A stretch of DNA of 64,000 nt, from assembly GCA_963676835.2 (NCBI GenBank), contig CAXXFF010000003.1:128001-192000 (forward strand). The letters are read 5' to 3'. Below, one piece after another: positions 21,419 to 32,649 of this stretch. The DNA comes from Marispirochaeta sp. GTDB taxonomy: Bacteria > Spirochaetota > Spirochaetia > JC444 > Marispirochaetaceae. Under the pieces are notes generated by a model. The model did no database searches. It saw only the letters and a list, made by a program, of their open reading frames with translations, and had not been told where the DNA came from. Numbering within the stretch: the first letter of the stretch is position 1; every line of letters starts with the position of its first letter. The translations under genes and the position numbers were made by a program.

Positions 21419-22582
21419 TTGAAACCCGAAATTGCTCAATTATGTGAAGCCGTCCGTCAGGAGGATATCGACGGATGGCTTTTTTACGGCTTTCAGCACC
21501 GTGACCCCATCTCAGACAGTCTTCTCGGCATTGATATAAGCTGTGTTAATACCCGGCGCTGGTTTTATATTCTTCTGCCGGAACCGTCACAATGCATTAA
21601 AATCTGCCATGCCATTGAATCTTCAATTCTCGATCATCTTCCTGGTAAAAAGACGGTTTATACCTCACAGTCAGATCTGAAGCATCACCTGCTGGAGCTT
21701 ACCGGCCTTACCCTTGCCGCCCAGGTTTCTTCCGACCTTCCGGCAATTTCCTTTCTGGATTGCGGAACAGCTGACCTTTTCAGAAGCGCCGGGGTTAAAC
21801 TCGCTTCATCCGCAGTTTTACTTCAGAAAACCTACGGGGTATTGGATGCCGCCGGAATCGATTCCCACAATCGTACAGCACTGCATCTCTATGAGATTGT
21901 GAGGCTTGTACATTTACGGCTAAAAGGTTCTTTTGCAGATAATACGAAAGTTTTTGAAGGTGATATTCAAAAACTTATTCTTGATGAGTTTTCAAGCAGA
22001 AACCTGGTAACCAATCATGATCCCATAGTTGCTGCAGGAAAAAACAGTTCAGACCCGCACTACTCTCCTGTTAATCAGGGCAGTGAAATAAAGCATGGCA
22101 AAATAGTGCAGATAGATCTCTGGGCCAAAGAACCTGACGGCATTTACGCTGATATTTCCTGGGTGTTTTATACCGGAAAAAAGGTTCCGTCATCAGCAGA
22201 GAAGGTATTCTCCCTTGTTTGCCGAGCCCGGGATCTTGCTGTTTCAGCTGCTGGATCCGGTCTTTCTGACGGAGGAATCTCCGGATTCTCTATAGACGAA
22301 AAGGTGAGATCCCTTATACAAAAGGAAAAACAGAACAAGTTTCAGCTTCTCCATCGCACCGGGCACGCTATAGATACAGAGGCTCACGGAAGCGGGGTTA
22401 ACCTGGACTCCGTCGAGTTTCCCGATCATCGCCCGCTGCTCCCTGGTTCCTGTTTTTCCGTTGAACCCGGCCTGTACGGGCCCTCTTTCGGAATGCGCAC
22501 GGAAATTAACTGCTATGTGGATCTCGAAGGCACAGTGCGTGTTTCCGGCGGTCCGGTCCAGACACAGATAGAAACCCTATAA
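21419..22582 (+). CDS. M24 family (Xaa-Pro) metallopeptidase
   Basis: DPHY, IDLWAK, YADISW, HRTGH, FSVEPG, RTE metal-binding motifs. Confidence 0.88.
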   Translation: MKPEIAQLCEAVRQEDIDGWLFYGFQHRDPISDSLLGIDISCVNTRRWFYILLPEPSQCIKICHAIESSILDHLPGKKTVYTSQSDLKHHLLELTGLTLAAQVSSDLPAISFLDCGTADLFRSAGVKLASSAVLLQKTYGVLDAAGIDSHNRTALHLYEIVRLVHLRLKGSFADNTKVFEGDIQKLILDEFSSRNLVTNHDPIVAAGKNSSDPHYSPVNQGSEIKHGKIVQIDLWAKEPDGIYADISWVFYTGKKVPSSAEKVFSLVCRARDLAVSAAGSGLSDGGISGFSIDEKVRSLIQKEKQNKFQLLHRTGHAIDTEAHGSGVNLDSVEFPDHRPLLPGSCFSVEPGLYGPSFGMRTEINCYVDLEGTVRVSGGPVQTQIETL

Positions 22583-22620
22583 ACAGATCTCCTGTTTTTT
22601 ATTACCCACGGAGTTACACG

Positions 22621-23616
22621 GTGATACATGATTCTGAAAATAATCCCGAACAGTACTTACAGCCTAACCGGGAAATTCTCGATTTTCTTAAAGCCTATAA
22701 ACACTACATAGTTATCGGCCATTCAGAACCTGATGGAGATTGTCTGGGATCTCAAATAGGCATCGGAATGTTTCTCCAGTCCAGGGGAGCAGTCGTTACC
22801 CTCTTTTCTCCAGGCCCTTTCAGCCGCCCCGAAACTGCAGATCTTGCTCCGCTATTTTCAACTGAATGGCCTGAAGCAGCATCGGATACAGCTGTTCTTA
22901 TTATGGATTGTTCCACTCCCGACCGCATAGGCCCATTTAGCGAGAAACTTGATCTTTTTCCAGTGGGCGTTATTGATCATCATGCCTCCGGAAGCCATTT
23001 CGGAAAAGCACGATGGATAGAGCCTTCAGCAGCCTCGGTAACCCAGATGGTTCTTTCTATTATTCTGAACGAAAATGAGCTCCCTTCCCGGGAAAATGCA
23101 GAGCAGCTGTTCTTCGGTCTTGCAACCGATACAGGTTTTTTCAGGCATCTGGATGCCGGAGGAGCAGCAGCACTCGAAGCAGCAGCTGCCCTGGTTAAAG
23201 CCGGAGCATCCCCGAAGGCTGCTTTTGCCAGAATGTACGGGAATCGCCCCTTCAACTCGCGTATACTTTTAGGGAGGCTTCTCGGCCGCTGCCGTCAGCT
23301 TGCAGAAGGCAGGCTGATATACACCTGGGAAACCCTTGAAGACAGCGGGGAACTGGGAAAAGAAGCCCGCGACTCAGATGCCCTTTATCAGCTGATCCTT
23401 GGTACAAAAGGCTGTGTTGCTGCTGCGGTAATCCGGGAAGAAGCTCCTGGAGAACTCTCTGCAGGCCTGAGATCCATGTATGGCCTTGATGTGGGTAAAA
23501 TTGCCGCAGGTTTCGGCGGAGGCGGACATGCGAAGGCCTCAGGGTTCAGCTACAAGGGCAGCCGTGAAGAGCTTGAAAGGCTGCTGCTCCCGCAGCTTGA
23601 GAATGAACTGAAGTAA
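22621..23616 (+). CDS. nrnA: DHH/DHHA1 phosphoesterase (NrnA-like oligoribonuclease/pAp phosphatase)
   Basis: HSEPDGDCLGS, IDHH, TDTGFF, GGGGHAKASG. Confidence 0.85.
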   Translation: MIHDSENNPEQYLQPNREILDFLKAYKHYIVIGHSEPDGDCLGSQIGIGMFLQSRGAVVTLFSPGPFSRPETADLAPLFSTEWPEAASDTAVLIMDCSTPDRIGPFSEKLDLFPVGVIDHHASGSHFGKARWIEPSAASVTQMVLSIILNENELPSRENAEQLFFGLATDTGFFRHLDAGGAAALEAAAALVKAGASPKAAFARMYGNRPFNSRILLGRLLGRCRQLAEGRLIYTWETLEDSGELGKEARDSDALYQLILGTKGCVAAAVIREEAPGELSAGLRSMYGLDVGKIAAGFGGGGHAKASGFSYKGSREELERLLLPQLENELK

Positions 23617-23699
23617 TGATTTTCCACCGGAAAATCTTGGTAATCAGCCAAATAATTAGTAATCTATAATACGTATCAAATTACCAGATTGGAGTATAT

Positions 23700-25094
23700 A
23701 TGGGCAAAACACTGCTCGATAAAGTATGGGATAAACATCTTGTACGCACCCTTCCCTCCGGACAGGATCAGCTTTTTATCGGCCTTCATCTTATTCATGA
23801 AGTAACATCCCCTCAGGCATTTGACATGCTGAGGTCCATGAACCTGCCGGTAAAATATCCTAAAAGAACCTTTGCCACAGTAGATCATATTGTTCCAACC
23901 AGTACCCAAAAGCGTCCCTTCGAAGATCAGCTTGCCGAGAAAATGATGCAGGAATTGGAAAAGAACACCAGAGAAAACGATATTCTGTTTTTTAATATTG
24001 ATTCCGGCAAGCAGGGGATTGTTCACACCGTGGGCCCCGAGAGAGGTCTCACCCAGCCGGGGATGACCATTGCCTGCGGAGATTCCCATACTTCCACCCA
24101 TGGAGCTTTCGGTTCCATTGCATTCGGTATAGGAACATCCCAGATACGGGATATTCTTGCTACCGGCACCATGGCTATATCCAAACCGAAGATTCGTCGT
24201 ATTCTTATTAACGGAACGCTCGGGAAAGGGGTATATGCCAAGGATATTATCCTGCGAATAATACGGGATCTTGGAGTTAAAGGCGGCCTTGGTCTTGCCT
24301 ATGAGTATGCCGGTTCTGCCATCGAGAAGCTTTCCATGGAAGAGCGGATGACTATCTGCAATATGAGCATAGAAGGCGGTGCCCGGTTTGGATATGTAAA
24401 TCCTGACCAGACAACCTTCGACTATATACGTGGTAGAGATTTTGCTCCTGCCGATTTTGACGAAGCTGTAAAAATATGGAAATCCTTCGCCACTGATGCG
24501 GATGCTGTATTCGACGATGAATATGTCATTGACGGAGACTCCATTGCTCCCATGGTCACCTGGGGGATCAACCCCGGACAGGCTCTTGAGGTTGACAGAA
24601 ATCTTCCGGAGATAGGCGAATTCCCGAAAGATGATCAGGAGACAGCCCGCCGTGCCTATGAGCATATGGACCTGAAACCAGGCACCCCCATTGCAGGCAC
24701 CCCCATCGATGTTGCCTTTATCGGGTCCTGCACCAACGGCAGGATCAGTGACCTGCGGGAAGCTGCAGCGGTGGTTAAGGATAAGAAAGTAGCATCATCC
24801 GTCCGGGGTATGGTAGTTCCCGGCTCCATGGCGATAGCCCGTCAGGCTGAAGCCGAAGGCCTGGACAGGATTTTCAGCGAAGCGGGGTTTCAGTGGCGTG
24901 GAGCCGGGTGCTCCATGTGTCTGGCCATGAATCCTGACAAACTTAAAGGAAGAGAAATCTCTGCAAGCTCATCAAACCGGAATTTTATCGGCCGTCAGGG
25001 CTCACCTACCGGAAGAACCCTGCTCATGAGTCCCGCCATGGTCGCCGCTGCCGCCGTAGCAGGCCATGTAACAGACATCCGGCAGAACGGATAA
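23700..25094 (+). CDS. leuC: 3-isopropylmalate dehydratase large subunit
   Basis: [45 protein letters not shown]. Confidence 0.96.
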   Translation: MGKTLLDKVWDKHLVRTLPSGQDQLFIGLHLIHEVTSPQAFDMLRSMNLPVKYPKRTFATVDHIVPTSTQKRPFEDQLAEKMMQELEKNTRENDILFFNIDSGKQGIVHTVGPERGLTQPGMTIACGDSHTSTHGAFGSIAFGIGTSQIRDILATGTMAISKPKIRRILINGTLGKGVYAKDIILRIIRDLGVKGGLGLAYEYAGSAIEKLSMEERMTICNMSIEGGARFGYVNPDQTTFDYIRGRDFAPADFDEAVKIWKSFATDADAVFDDEYVIDGDSIAPMVTWGINPGQALEVDRNLPEIGEFPKDDQETARRAYEHMDLKPGTPIAGTPIDVAFIGSCTNGRISDLREAAAVVKDKKVASSVRGMVVPGSMAIARQAEAEGLDRIFSEAGFQWRGAGCSMCLAMNPDKLKGREISASSSNRNFIGRQGSPTGRTLLMSPAMVAAAAVAGHVTDIRQNG

Positions 25095-25107
25095 GAAGGA
25101 GTTCAAA

Positions 25108-25707
25108 ATGGAAAAGATTGTAGAACGCACCGGCAAAGCACTGCCCATAGTCGGCAACGATATAGATACTGACAGAATTATTCCTGCGCGATACATGAAG
25201 AGTGTAACCTTTACCGGACTCGGAGCTTTTGCCTTTTATGATGAACGCTTCGACCACGATAAAGAACCGAAAATTCATCCAATGAATGCGGAGGAATATA
25301 ACGGTGCCTCTGTTCTTGTGGTAAACAAGAATTTCGGCTGCGGATCATCCAGAGAGCATGCTCCCCAGGCATTAAAAGATTACGGCATACGGGCCATAAT
25401 CGGAGAATCTTTTGCCGAAATCTTTGCCGGAAACTGTACTGCCCTTGGGATTCCTGCAGTGAGCGGAGCGGAGGCAGATATAGAAAAACTCCAGGGGCTG
25501 ATTGCTGAAAAACCTGAAACAAGGGTTGAGATTAACCTGGATAAAATGACTGTCACCGCCGGAGATTTTACCGCTGAAATAAGCATGCCCTCCTCCTACC
25601 AGAAGGCGATGCTTGACGGAAGCTGGGATTCTACCTCGCTGCTGCTTCAGGCAGAAAAGGATATCGAAAAAACAGAAACAGCGCTGCACTACTCTTTTGC
25701 AGACTGA
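25108..25707 (+). CDS. leuD: 3-isopropylmalate dehydratase small subunit
   Basis: DIDTDRIIP, NFGCGSSREHA, SFAEIF. Confidence 0.96.
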   Translation: MEKIVERTGKALPIVGNDIDTDRIIPARYMKSVTFTGLGAFAFYDERFDHDKEPKIHPMNAEEYNGASVLVVNKNFGCGSSREHAPQALKDYGIRAIIGESFAEIFAGNCTALGIPAVSGAEADIEKLQGLIAEKPETRVEINLDKMTVTAGDFTAEISMPSSYQKAMLDGSWDSTSLLLQAEKDIEKTETALHYSFAD

Positions 25708-25817
25708 TGCAGCCGCAGGCAGGGTACAGCAGCTCCCTGCCGCTGCATTGTATTGAGAGTACAATACAAGCATGGTTAATCGGAAAGACTAAGCCTGAAA
25801 GATAAACAAGGGAGAGC

Positions 25818-27095
25818 ATGAAACAGACCGGAAAAAGAAAGGTTATCAGCTGGGCCCTGTATGACTGGGCCAACAGTGCCTTTGCCACAACGGTAATGGC
25901 CGGATTTTTCCCGCTTTTCTTCGGCTCCTACTGGGCCGATCCTTCAGCACCTGAGGCAAGCACTTTTTATCTGGGATCTGCGGTCTCTATTGCCTCTATA
26001 ATAGTCGCGGTTACAGCTCCTCTGCTCGGTTCCATTGCCGACCGGGGGTCTGCCAAAAAGCGGATGCTCTCTGGCTTCGCCTGGCTTGGCATACTCTCCA
26101 CCGGTGGTCTCTGGTTTGTCAGTCAGGGAAACTGGCTGTTCGCTGCATTACTTTATGTGCTGGGTACCATAGGATTCTCGGGAGGCAATATTTTTTATGA
26201 TGCCCTCCTTGTAAGTGTGGCAGATAAAGATAAAGTTGATTTCGTCTCTTCTCTGGGCTTTTCCTTGGGTTATATAGGCGGAGGGCTTCTTTTTCTGGTG
26301 AATGTTATTATGTACACCAAACCGGAACTGTTCGGCATACCCGACGGAAGCACTGCAATACGAATAGCTTTTATCTCTGTGGCACTGTGGTGGGCGCTTT
26401 TTTCCATACCGGTTTTTCTTTTTGTTCCGGAACCTGTGACAGGTAGAGCTTCGGGAATTGCACAGGCAGTGCGGGAAGGGTTCAGCCAGCTTTCCAACAC
26501 CTTTATGCATATCCGCAAACTGAAAGTGCTTGGTCTGTTCCTTCTGGCCTACTGGTTTTACATAGACGGCGTAGACACCATTATAAGAATGTCCGTTAAA
26601 TACGGCAGTTCTCTGGGCTTTGACTCTTCAGCCCTCATTGTTGCCCTTCTGCTGGTTCAGTTTATAGCCTTCCCCGGAGCCCTGCTGTATAATTTTTTCG
26701 CCTCCCGGGCAGGGATAAAAACAGCCATATTAACCGCAATTGCCGCGTATGGCGGGATCTCGATTCTTGGATTTTTCATGCAGACCGAAGTCCATTTCTT
26801 TCTGCTTGCATCTCTGGTAGGACTTTTTCAGGGAGGGATTCAGGCCCTGAGCCGCTCATTTTATGCAAGACTCGTCCCGGTGAGCCGGGCAGGAGAGTTC
26901 TTCGGATTTTTCAATATGCTCGGCAAATTCGCCGCCGTACTTGGCCCTTTCCTGATGGGAGCTGTAACCCTTTTCAGCGGCAGCAGCCGCCTTGGGATTC
27001 TTTCCATAATTCTTCTGTTTATTGCAGGAGGTGTCCTCTTTTCAAAGGTTGATCTGGAAGCAGGAGAACGTATGGCAGCTGATTTTACCGATTAA
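25818..27095 (+). CDS. MFS transporter (UMF1/Atg22-like)
   Basis: SWALYDWANSAF, about 12 hydrophobic helices, QALSRSFYARLVP, EFFGFFN. Confidence 0.88.
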   Translation: MKQTGKRKVISWALYDWANSAFATTVMAGFFPLFFGSYWADPSAPEASTFYLGSAVSIASIIVAVTAPLLGSIADRGSAKKRMLSGFAWLGILSTGGLWFVSQGNWLFAALLYVLGTIGFSGGNIFYDALLVSVADKDKVDFVSSLGFSLGYIGGGLLFLVNVIMYTKPELFGIPDGSTAIRIAFISVALWWALFSIPVFLFVPEPVTGRASGIAQAVREGFSQLSNTFMHIRKLKVLGLFLLAYWFYIDGVDTIIRMSVKYGSSLGFDSSALIVALLLVQFIAFPGALLYNFFASRAGIKTAILTAIAAYGGISILGFFMQTEVHFFLLASLVGLFQGGIQALSRSFYARLVPVSRAGEFFGFFNMLGKFAAVLGPFLMGAVTLFSGSSRLGILSIILLFIAGGVLFSKVDLEAGERMAADFTD

Positions 27096-27130
27096 ACACT
27101 GCCGTATACGTTAAACCTTAACCTCAAACT

Positions 27131-27589
27131 CTATGCATCAAGAAAACTCATAATCTCATCCACATGGCCTGCTACCTTAACTTTGGGATATACCTTTATT
27201 ACGGTATTGTCACCATCAAGAATAAAAGTAGACCTGATAATCCCCATATAGGATTTTCCGTACATCTTCTTTTCGCCCCAGGCACCGAACTGCTGGATAA
27301 CCTTTTTTTCAGGATCACTGAGCAGATAGAACGGCAATTCATATTTTTCCGCGAAATTACTGTGAGATTTAACCGAATCAGCACTGATCCCTATAACAAC
27401 TGCTCCCTTTGATGTGATAGCAGCATAGTTATCCCTAAAGCCGCATGCCTCTGTTGTACACCCGGGGGTATTATCTTTTGGATAAAAGTAAACAACCTTG
27501 GGTTTACCGGCAAAACTGCTGAGGCTTATCTCCTTTCCTTCCCCGTTTTCAAGGGTAAAATCTGCAATTTTGTCTCTTTCCTGCACCAT
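27131..27589 (-). CDS. bcp: Thiol peroxidase Bcp (peroxiredoxin Q)
   Basis: YFYPKDNTPGCTTEAC, RSTF. Confidence 0.93.
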   Translation of the reverse strand: MVQERDKIADFTLENGEGKEISLSSFAGKPKVVYFYPKDNTPGCTTEACGFRDNYAAITSKGAVVIGISADSVKSHSNFAEKYELPFYLLSDPEKKVIQQFGAWGEKKMYGKSYMGIIRSTFILDGDNTVIKVYPKVKVAGHVDEIMSFLDA

Positions 27590-27800
27590 GGCCGCTCCTT
27601 TTCTGCAAGTATCTTAAAAAAATAATAACGTATTAATCTTTCATTGTTAAGAAAAATACAAATCCTCCAGTCCCCGGGCAAGTTCTCTTTAAGATTCCCG
27701 ATTATCTTGATTTATCCCGTATCTATCGAGTATGCTGGTTCTTCGGTAATACCCAACTTACTGTGCTTGAACAGCGATACCCGATGAAGGAGCTTGAGGA

Positions 27801-28982
27801 ATGGCAATTTCCAGAAAAATATTAGCAACAATGGAGAAATCATCATGGATCCGGCGGATGTTTGAAGCCGGAGGTAAACTGAAAGCCCAGTATGGAGCGG
27901 AAAATGTTTACGACTTCAGCCTTGGTAATCCCAACCTCAATCCGCCGAAAGAGTTTTACGAAACCCTTGCCAGACATTCAGCAAGCCTCTCTTCAGGATT
28001 TCACGGCTATATGCCCAACGCCGGATACCCGGATGTACGGGAAAAAGTAGCCGCTTTTATAAGCAAAGAGTATGAAACACCTGTAACTGCAGGGGATGTA
28101 CTGATGACTGTAGGTGCAGGCGGAGCCCTTAATGTAGCTCTCAAGTCTATCTTAAACCACGGGGATTATGTTATTGCTCCCAGCCCCTGTTTTATGGAAT
28201 ACCAGTTTTATGCGGATAACCATGGAGGCAGTTTAAAACTCGTTCCTTCGGGAGATAATTTTATTCCTGATCTCGATAGAATAGCAGCGGAAATAGGTCC
28301 CAGAACCGCCGCTGTTATTATCAACTCACCCAATAATCCTACCGGAACAGTCTATTCCCAGGAGTTTATGGACAGCCTGGGCGCAATGCTTGAAGAAAAA
28401 AGCAGGGAAAATAACCGGACAATCTATCTTATTTCCGATGAGCCCTACAGAAAAATAATTTTCGGCGATACAAAACCCGGCAGCGTATTTAAATCATATA
28501 AGAACAGCATGATTGTCACCAGTTACTCTAAAGACCTGTCTATTCCTGGAGAACGTATAGGCTGGCTGGCAATACACCCCGAAGCAGAAGACCATGATAA
28601 TCTAGTAAACGCTGCAGTACTCTGTAACCGCATACTGGGATATGTAAACGCCCCGGCCCTTATGCAGCATGTTGTTGGAGAACTCCAGGGGGCTAATATT
28701 GATATTGAGGCTTACAGAGTTAAACGTGATTTAATCTGTAACATTCTTGATGAAGCCGGTTTTGAATTTACCCGGCCGGCAGGAACCTTTTATGTATTTC
28801 CGAAAGCCCCGGGAGGTGATGACCTGCGCACCGTTCAGGCGCTCCAGGAGGAACGAATTCTGGTTGTACCGGGGCGCGGCTTCGGTACTGAAGGTTATTT
28901 TAGAGTGGCTTTTTGTGTTGCAGACAGCACGATCAAAGGATCTGCCGAAGGGTTTAAAAAGGTACGACAACTGCTTGGATAG
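27801..28982 (+). CDS. PLP-dependent class I/II aminotransferase (aspartate/aromatic)
   Basis: NSPNNPTG, SDEPY, SYSKDLSIPGERIG. Confidence 0.9.
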   Translation: MAISRKILATMEKSSWIRRMFEAGGKLKAQYGAENVYDFSLGNPNLNPPKEFYETLARHSASLSSGFHGYMPNAGYPDVREKVAAFISKEYETPVTAGDVLMTVGAGGALNVALKSILNHGDYVIAPSPCFMEYQFYADNHGGSLKLVPSGDNFIPDLDRIAAEIGPRTAAVIINSPNNPTGTVYSQEFMDSLGAMLEEKSRENNRTIYLISDEPYRKIIFGDTKPGSVFKSYKNSMIVTSYSKDLSIPGERIGWLAIHPEAEDHDNLVNAAVLCNRILGYVNAPALMQHVVGELQGANIDIEAYRVKRDLICNILDEAGFEFTRPAGTFYVFPKAPGGDDLRTVQALQEERILVVPGRGFGTEGYFRVAFCVADSTIKGSAEGFKKVRQLLG

Positions 28983-29092
28983 CAGCTCATTACCGCTTAC
29001 CTCAAACACACCTATCCTTGACCCCTCAGGAGTTGTGGCTTAGAATGATTCTCCGATAAATAACAGCAAAGCCTTGCTATAGGAGTCATTCA

Positions 29093-30724
29093 ATGAGTGA
29101 AAGAGTCCTCCTGGGGGATGAAGCGGTTGCACTTGCCGCAGTCCATGCCGGGATCAGTGCCGCTTACGGCTATCCCGGTACTCCCTCCACGGAAATACTT
29201 GAATATCTGATCAACCTTTTTGAAAAAGGAGAAGGTCCCCGGGCATCCTGGTGTACCAACGAAAAGACCGCCTACGAAGACGCCCTGGGTGTCTCTTTTG
29301 TAGGAAAAAGGGTACTGGTTACCATGAAACATGTCGGCCTTAATGTTGCCGCCGACGCTTTTGTTAATTCCGCCCTGCTGAATATCCGCGGAGGACTGGT
29401 TCTTGCAGTCGCCGATGATCCCGGCATGCACAGTTCCCAGAACGAGCAGGATTCACGCTTCTTTGCAGAGTTTTCCAAGATAATCTGCCTGGAACCGCGC
29501 AACCAGCAGGAAGCGTATGATATGACCCGGGAGGCCTTTGATCTTTCCGAGCGTTTCAATATTCCCGTAATGCTCAGGCTGGTAACCCGCCTTGCCCACT
29601 CCAGGGCGATTGTAAAAACAGGTACCGGCCGTAAGGAAAACGGTTTAAGCAAACCGGAAGATAAACGGGGATGGATGCTTCTTCCTGCAACAGCCAGGGT
29701 AAACTATACCAACCTGCTTAATAAACAGAAGGATATACAGGACTGGGCTGTCAGTACAGAATACAACCCCGTTGCAAACCTGCAGGAAGGTAACGCTCCT
29801 CTTGGAGTTATTACCACCGGGCTGGGAAGAAACTATTATGAGGAACATCTTTCGACGGTGGTTACAGAAACAGGAAAACCGCTTCCTCATCTGCACATTA
29901 GTGCATATCCCCCTCCATTAGAAAAGATTCATGCCCTTGGAAACTCCTGTGACGAACTGCTGATAGTTGAGGAAGGGTATCCATTTATCGAGGAGAAAAT
30001 CCGCGGTATTTTTGCTCCGACTTTTGCGGTTAAAGGAAAACTGGACGGAACAATACCACGTACCGGAGAACTCACTCCGGAAACAGTCAGTGCCGCCCTG
30101 GGTCTTTCTTCTCCAGAAAAGAGAAAGGCTCCCGGTGTGGAAGTTCCCGGCCGTCCGCCTCAGCTCTGTAAAGGATGCCCCCACATTGATACATATCTTG
30201 CCATCAATGCCGCTATAGAAGGTGATCCTGATGCTGTGGTCACTTCGGATATCGGATGCTATGCCCTTGGAGCCTTACCCCCTTACCAGTCAATTGAAAC
30301 GATTGTATGTATGGGCGCATCTATCGGTATGGCAAAAGGCGCTGCCGAAGCGGGTGTAAAAAAAGTTATAGCCACCATCGGTGACAGTACTTTTCTGCAC
30401 TCCGGCCTTACCTCACTGATTGATGCTGCCGCAGCGGATGCCCCCATGACTGTTGTTATTCTCGATAATGAAACCGTGGGTATGACCGGGGGACAGGAAA
30501 CCATGCTGCCTACATCCCGGGTACGCCGAATGCTTGAAGGGCTGGAACTTGATCCCGCCCACCTGCGAACAATGATCCCCTTAAAAAAGCATGCCGATGA
30601 AAACAAAAAAATAATCGAGGAAGAGCTTGCTCATCCCGGGCTGTCGGTAATTGTCTCAATACGGGAGTGTCTTGAAACAGCTAAGCGTCACCGCAAAACC
30701 GGCGAGAAGGGAGCACAAGCATAA
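29093..30724 (+). CDS. iorA: Indolepyruvate:ferredoxin oxidoreductase alpha subunit
   Basis: GYPGTPSTE, MKHVGLNVAAD, DDPGMHSSQNEQD, LCKGCPH, SDIGCY, GDSTFLHSG. Confidence 0.92.
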   Translation: MSERVLLGDEAVALAAVHAGISAAYGYPGTPSTEILEYLINLFEKGEGPRASWCTNEKTAYEDALGVSFVGKRVLVTMKHVGLNVAADAFVNSALLNIRGGLVLAVADDPGMHSSQNEQDSRFFAEFSKIICLEPRNQQEAYDMTREAFDLSERFNIPVMLRLVTRLAHSRAIVKTGTGRKENGLSKPEDKRGWMLLPATARVNYTNLLNKQKDIQDWAVSTEYNPVANLQEGNAPLGVITTGLGRNYYEEHLSTVVTETGKPLPHLHISAYPPPLEKIHALGNSCDELLIVEEGYPFIEEKIRGIFAPTFAVKGKLDGTIPRTGELTPETVSAALGLSSPEKRKAPGVEVPGRPPQLCKGCPHIDTYLAINAAIEGDPDAVVTSDIGCYALGALPPYQSIETIVCMGASIGMAKGAAEAGVKKVIATIGDSTFLHSGLTSLIDAAAADAPMTVVILDNETVGMTGGQETMLPTSRVRRMLEGLELDPAHLRTMIPLKKHADENKKIIEEELAHPGLSVIVSIRECLETAKRHRKTGEKGAQA

Positions 30725-31302
30725 TGAAATACGATATTATTCTCGCCGGCGTCGGCGGACAGGGAACCTTAAGTGTTGCGGCCATTATTGCTGCATCTGC
30801 CCTCAAACAGGGATTAACCGTTCGTCAGTCTGAAATACACGGTATGAGTCAACGTGGAGGTGCAGTTGTTTCACATCTACGTCTTTCCGACAGTGTAATT
30901 TCATCCGATCTTATACCCCAGGGAACAGGGGACCTGCTTCTCAGCATGGAGCCCCTGGAAGCACTTCGCCACCTGGAATATCTTTCTCCCGAAGGCAGCC
31001 TTATTTGTGCCGAAGAAAGCGTTGAAAACATTGCGGTGTACCCTTCTCTGGATGAAATTCATAAGGCCATAGAATCCCAGCCTGGCTCTAAACTGATTGA
31101 TGCCCGGTCACTGGCAAAGGATGCAGGCAGCCTCAAGGCAGTGAACATTGTTATGATCGGTGCAGCATCCTCGGCAATTCCAATTTCGGAAGAGAACTTC
31201 CTTTCCGCCATTGATGAGCGTTTTGCATCAAAAGGTGAAGCTGTTCAGGAAGCCAACAGAAAAGCCTTTAAAACAGCCCGCGGAGACTCCTCCGATGCCT
31301 GA
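30724..31302 (+). CDS. iorB: Indolepyruvate oxidoreductase beta subunit
   Basis: GVGGQG, SEIHGMSQRGGAV, EPLEALR. Confidence 0.92.
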   Translation: MKYDIILAGVGGQGTLSVAAIIAASALKQGLTVRQSEIHGMSQRGGAVVSHLRLSDSVISSDLIPQGTGDLLLSMEPLEALRHLEYLSPEGSLICAEESVENIAVYPSLDEIHKAIESQPGSKLIDARSLAKDAGSLKAVNIVMIGAASSAIPISEENFLSAIDERFASKGEAVQEANRKAFKTARGDSSDA

Positions 31303-32620
31303 TACTGCGCGGTCCATAGCGTTTCACAGTAAAGCAGTTGAAACTGCGAGCAGAGCCGAAATAGAAAATATCCAGCTGGAAAGACTTAAAACCACGGTAT
31401 CTTACGCCCTGAAAACGCCATTCTACCAGGAACGTCTTGGCGGCATCGGGCTTACAAGCTCTGAAGATATAAAAACCCTGGACGACCTTAATAAGATACC
31501 CTTTACTACAAAGGACGATCTTCGCAGTGCCTTTCCATACGGGCTGCTCTCTGTACCACGGGAAGAGGTTTTACGTCTGCATGCATCTTCCGGAACCACC
31601 GGTACGCCTACGGTTATCTATCATAACCGCAACGACCTTGATGCCTGGACTGATCTTTCAGCCCGCTCAATTGTCTGTACCGGCGCTACTACCAGTGACG
31701 TATTTCAGAATATGATGACCTATGGCCTTTTTACCGGCGGTCTTGGGCTCCATTATGGAGCGGAAGCTGCAGGTCTGCTGGTTATTCCTGCAAGCAGCGG
31801 TAACACCAAGAGGCAGTTTAAACTCATGAAGGATTTTGAATCCACCATGGTACATGCCACTCCCAGCTACATGCTTCATCTCTGGTCCAAACTGGAGGAA
31901 GAGGGAATCAAGCTTGAAGACCTTAAACTCAAAAAAGCCCTTGTGGGCGCAGAGCCCCACAGTGAGGATATCCGCCGGAAAATCGAATCACTGTATAAAA
32001 TCGATGTCTATAATTCCTATGGACTGAGTGAAATGAATGGGCCCGGTGTGGCGTTTGAATGCGTCTATAAAGACGGAATGCATGTCTGGGAAGACAACTA
32101 CATACTGGAGGTAATCGACCGTCAGGATCTGTCGGCGGTACCCGACGGTGAATATGGTGAGCTGGTATTTACCACCCTTTGCAGACAGGCAACGCCACTG
32201 CTCCGCTACCGCACCAGAGATATTTCCGCAGTCTACCCCGATACATGTGAATGCGGACGGAGCCACCGGCGCATACGCAGGATTACCGGCCGAAGCGATG
32301 ACATGCTGATTATCAACGGCGTAAACGTATTTCCTTCCCAGATTGAAGAGGTAATCATGGCCATGCCGGAAATTGGCACAAACTATCTGATCGTTGTGCA
32401 GAAATCCGGAGCTCTGGACAAACTTATAGTTAAAACTGAAGTAACCAACAAGGTTTTCACCGACGACACCCGTGATCTTAAACAGCTGAGTGCCAGGATA
32501 GCGGAAAACCTGAAGGTCTCAATCAGTATCAACCCCCAGGTGGAACTCCACGAACCCGGGTTTCTCCCGGTATCAGAAGGAAAGGCCGTACGGGTTGTTG
32601 ATGAGCGGCCTGCTTTATAA
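31295..32620 (+). CDS. paaK: Phenylacetate-CoA ligase family protein (copy 1)
   Basis: [52 protein letters not shown] overlaps the iorB end. Confidence 0.9.
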   Translation: MPDTARSIAFHSKAVETASRAEIENIQLERLKTTVSYALKTPFYQERLGGIGLTSSEDIKTLDDLNKIPFTTKDDLRSAFPYGLLSVPREEVLRLHASSGTTGTPTVIYHNRNDLDAWTDLSARSIVCTGATTSDVFQNMMTYGLFTGGLGLHYGAEAAGLLVIPASSGNTKRQFKLMKDFESTMVHATPSYMLHLWSKLEEEGIKLEDLKLKKALVGAEPHSEDIRRKIESLYKIDVYNSYGLSEMNGPGVAFECVYKDGMHVWEDNYILEVIDRQDLSAVPDGEYGELVFTTLCRQATPLLRYRTRDISAVYPDTCECGRSHRRIRRITGRSDDMLIINGVNVFPSQIEEVIMAMPEIGTNYLIVVQKSGALDKLIVKTEVTNKVFTDDTRDLKQLSARIAENLKVSISINPQVELHEPGFLPVSEGKAVRVVDERPAL

Positions 32621-32649
32621 CATAAACAGGATTCAAAGGAGGATTACAG

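Noticed and set aside
23676..24665. 329-aa minus-strand ORF
   Set aside because: Antisense shadow of leuC with no motifs. The same applies to 17249-18169 and 16801-17526 opposite clpX/clpP.
27600..27800. Riboswitch/T-box upstream of the aminotransferase
   Set aside because: No recognisable conserved motif or terminator/antiterminator pair by eye.
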